From Mobula hypostoma (Eukaryota), in contig NC_086107.1 of the NCBI RefSeq assembly GCF_963921235.1, positions 95,978,001 to 96,042,000 on the forward strand: a stretch of 64,000 bases of DNA, in the 5' to 3' direction. The notes under the pieces were generated by a model. That model had not been told where the DNA came from, did no database searches, and was given only the letters and a program-made list of their open reading frames with translations. Every line of letters begins with the position of its first letter. The first letter of the stretch is position 1. Shown piece after piece: positions 63,695-64,000 of this stretch. The position numbers and the translations under genes were made by a program.

Positions 63695-64000
63695 TGTCAG
63701 GGAGGGGTAGCACCTCTGGTAGGGGAACATGTCACCTCCTTTTCAGGCGGTTTGTCCACCTTTGGTCCCCACCTGGCACTCAGCTCTCACCTGTGGCTCC
63801 CCGTAGCTGTTTGCATGCGACAGTGGCGACACCCCGGGCAACAGCCTCGGCAAGCCGGCTAAACCAGGTGAGGGTAGCCGACGGGTCTCAAACCCTCAGT
63901 GAGATAGGGAGTTGTCTATCCCAGCACGTGAAGACAGACTCCGGTGGATTGAGCGAACAAGACCAATGGAAGGTCCAACGGTCAAGAAGGTGGTCTCTGC
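63695..64000 (+). mobile_element. RTE-like element 5' region (runs off window)
   Basis: GC-rich repeat-like sequence directly after the CR1 5' break; family call by resemblance only. Confidence 0.4.

Overview
Repeat-dense, non-genic-looking eukaryotic (vertebrate) DNA. The repeat spectrum (abundant CR1 LINEs, V-SINE-like SINEs, Rex1/L2- and RTE-like fragments, Penelope-like elements) suggests a cartilaginous fish, probably a ray or shark; this is an inference. Most ORFs in the track are decayed retrotransposon fragments or noise. Main results: (1) a cluster of four Tx1-clade (Keno-like) non-LTR retrotransposon copies, each joined to a piece of U2 snRNA at about U2 nt 38-42, covering both 5' and 3' junctions. 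(2) A family of short Penelope-derived insertions with 9-16 bp target-site duplications (TSDs), some fold-back and some with an intact minimal hammerhead-ribozyme core. (3) A candidate four-exon 3' end of an unidentified + strand host gene (1111-13696) with matching splice phases, which the ORF track does not assemble. (4) A diverged inverted duplication (about 43.8-46.4 kb versus 57.0-58.2 kb) whose second arm supplies the empty site for a solo LTR and a LINE-tail insertion. (5) A scrambled, tail-less L1 insertion with a perfect 16-bp TSD. Boundaries of decayed repeats are approximate and family names come from motif recognition, not database searches.
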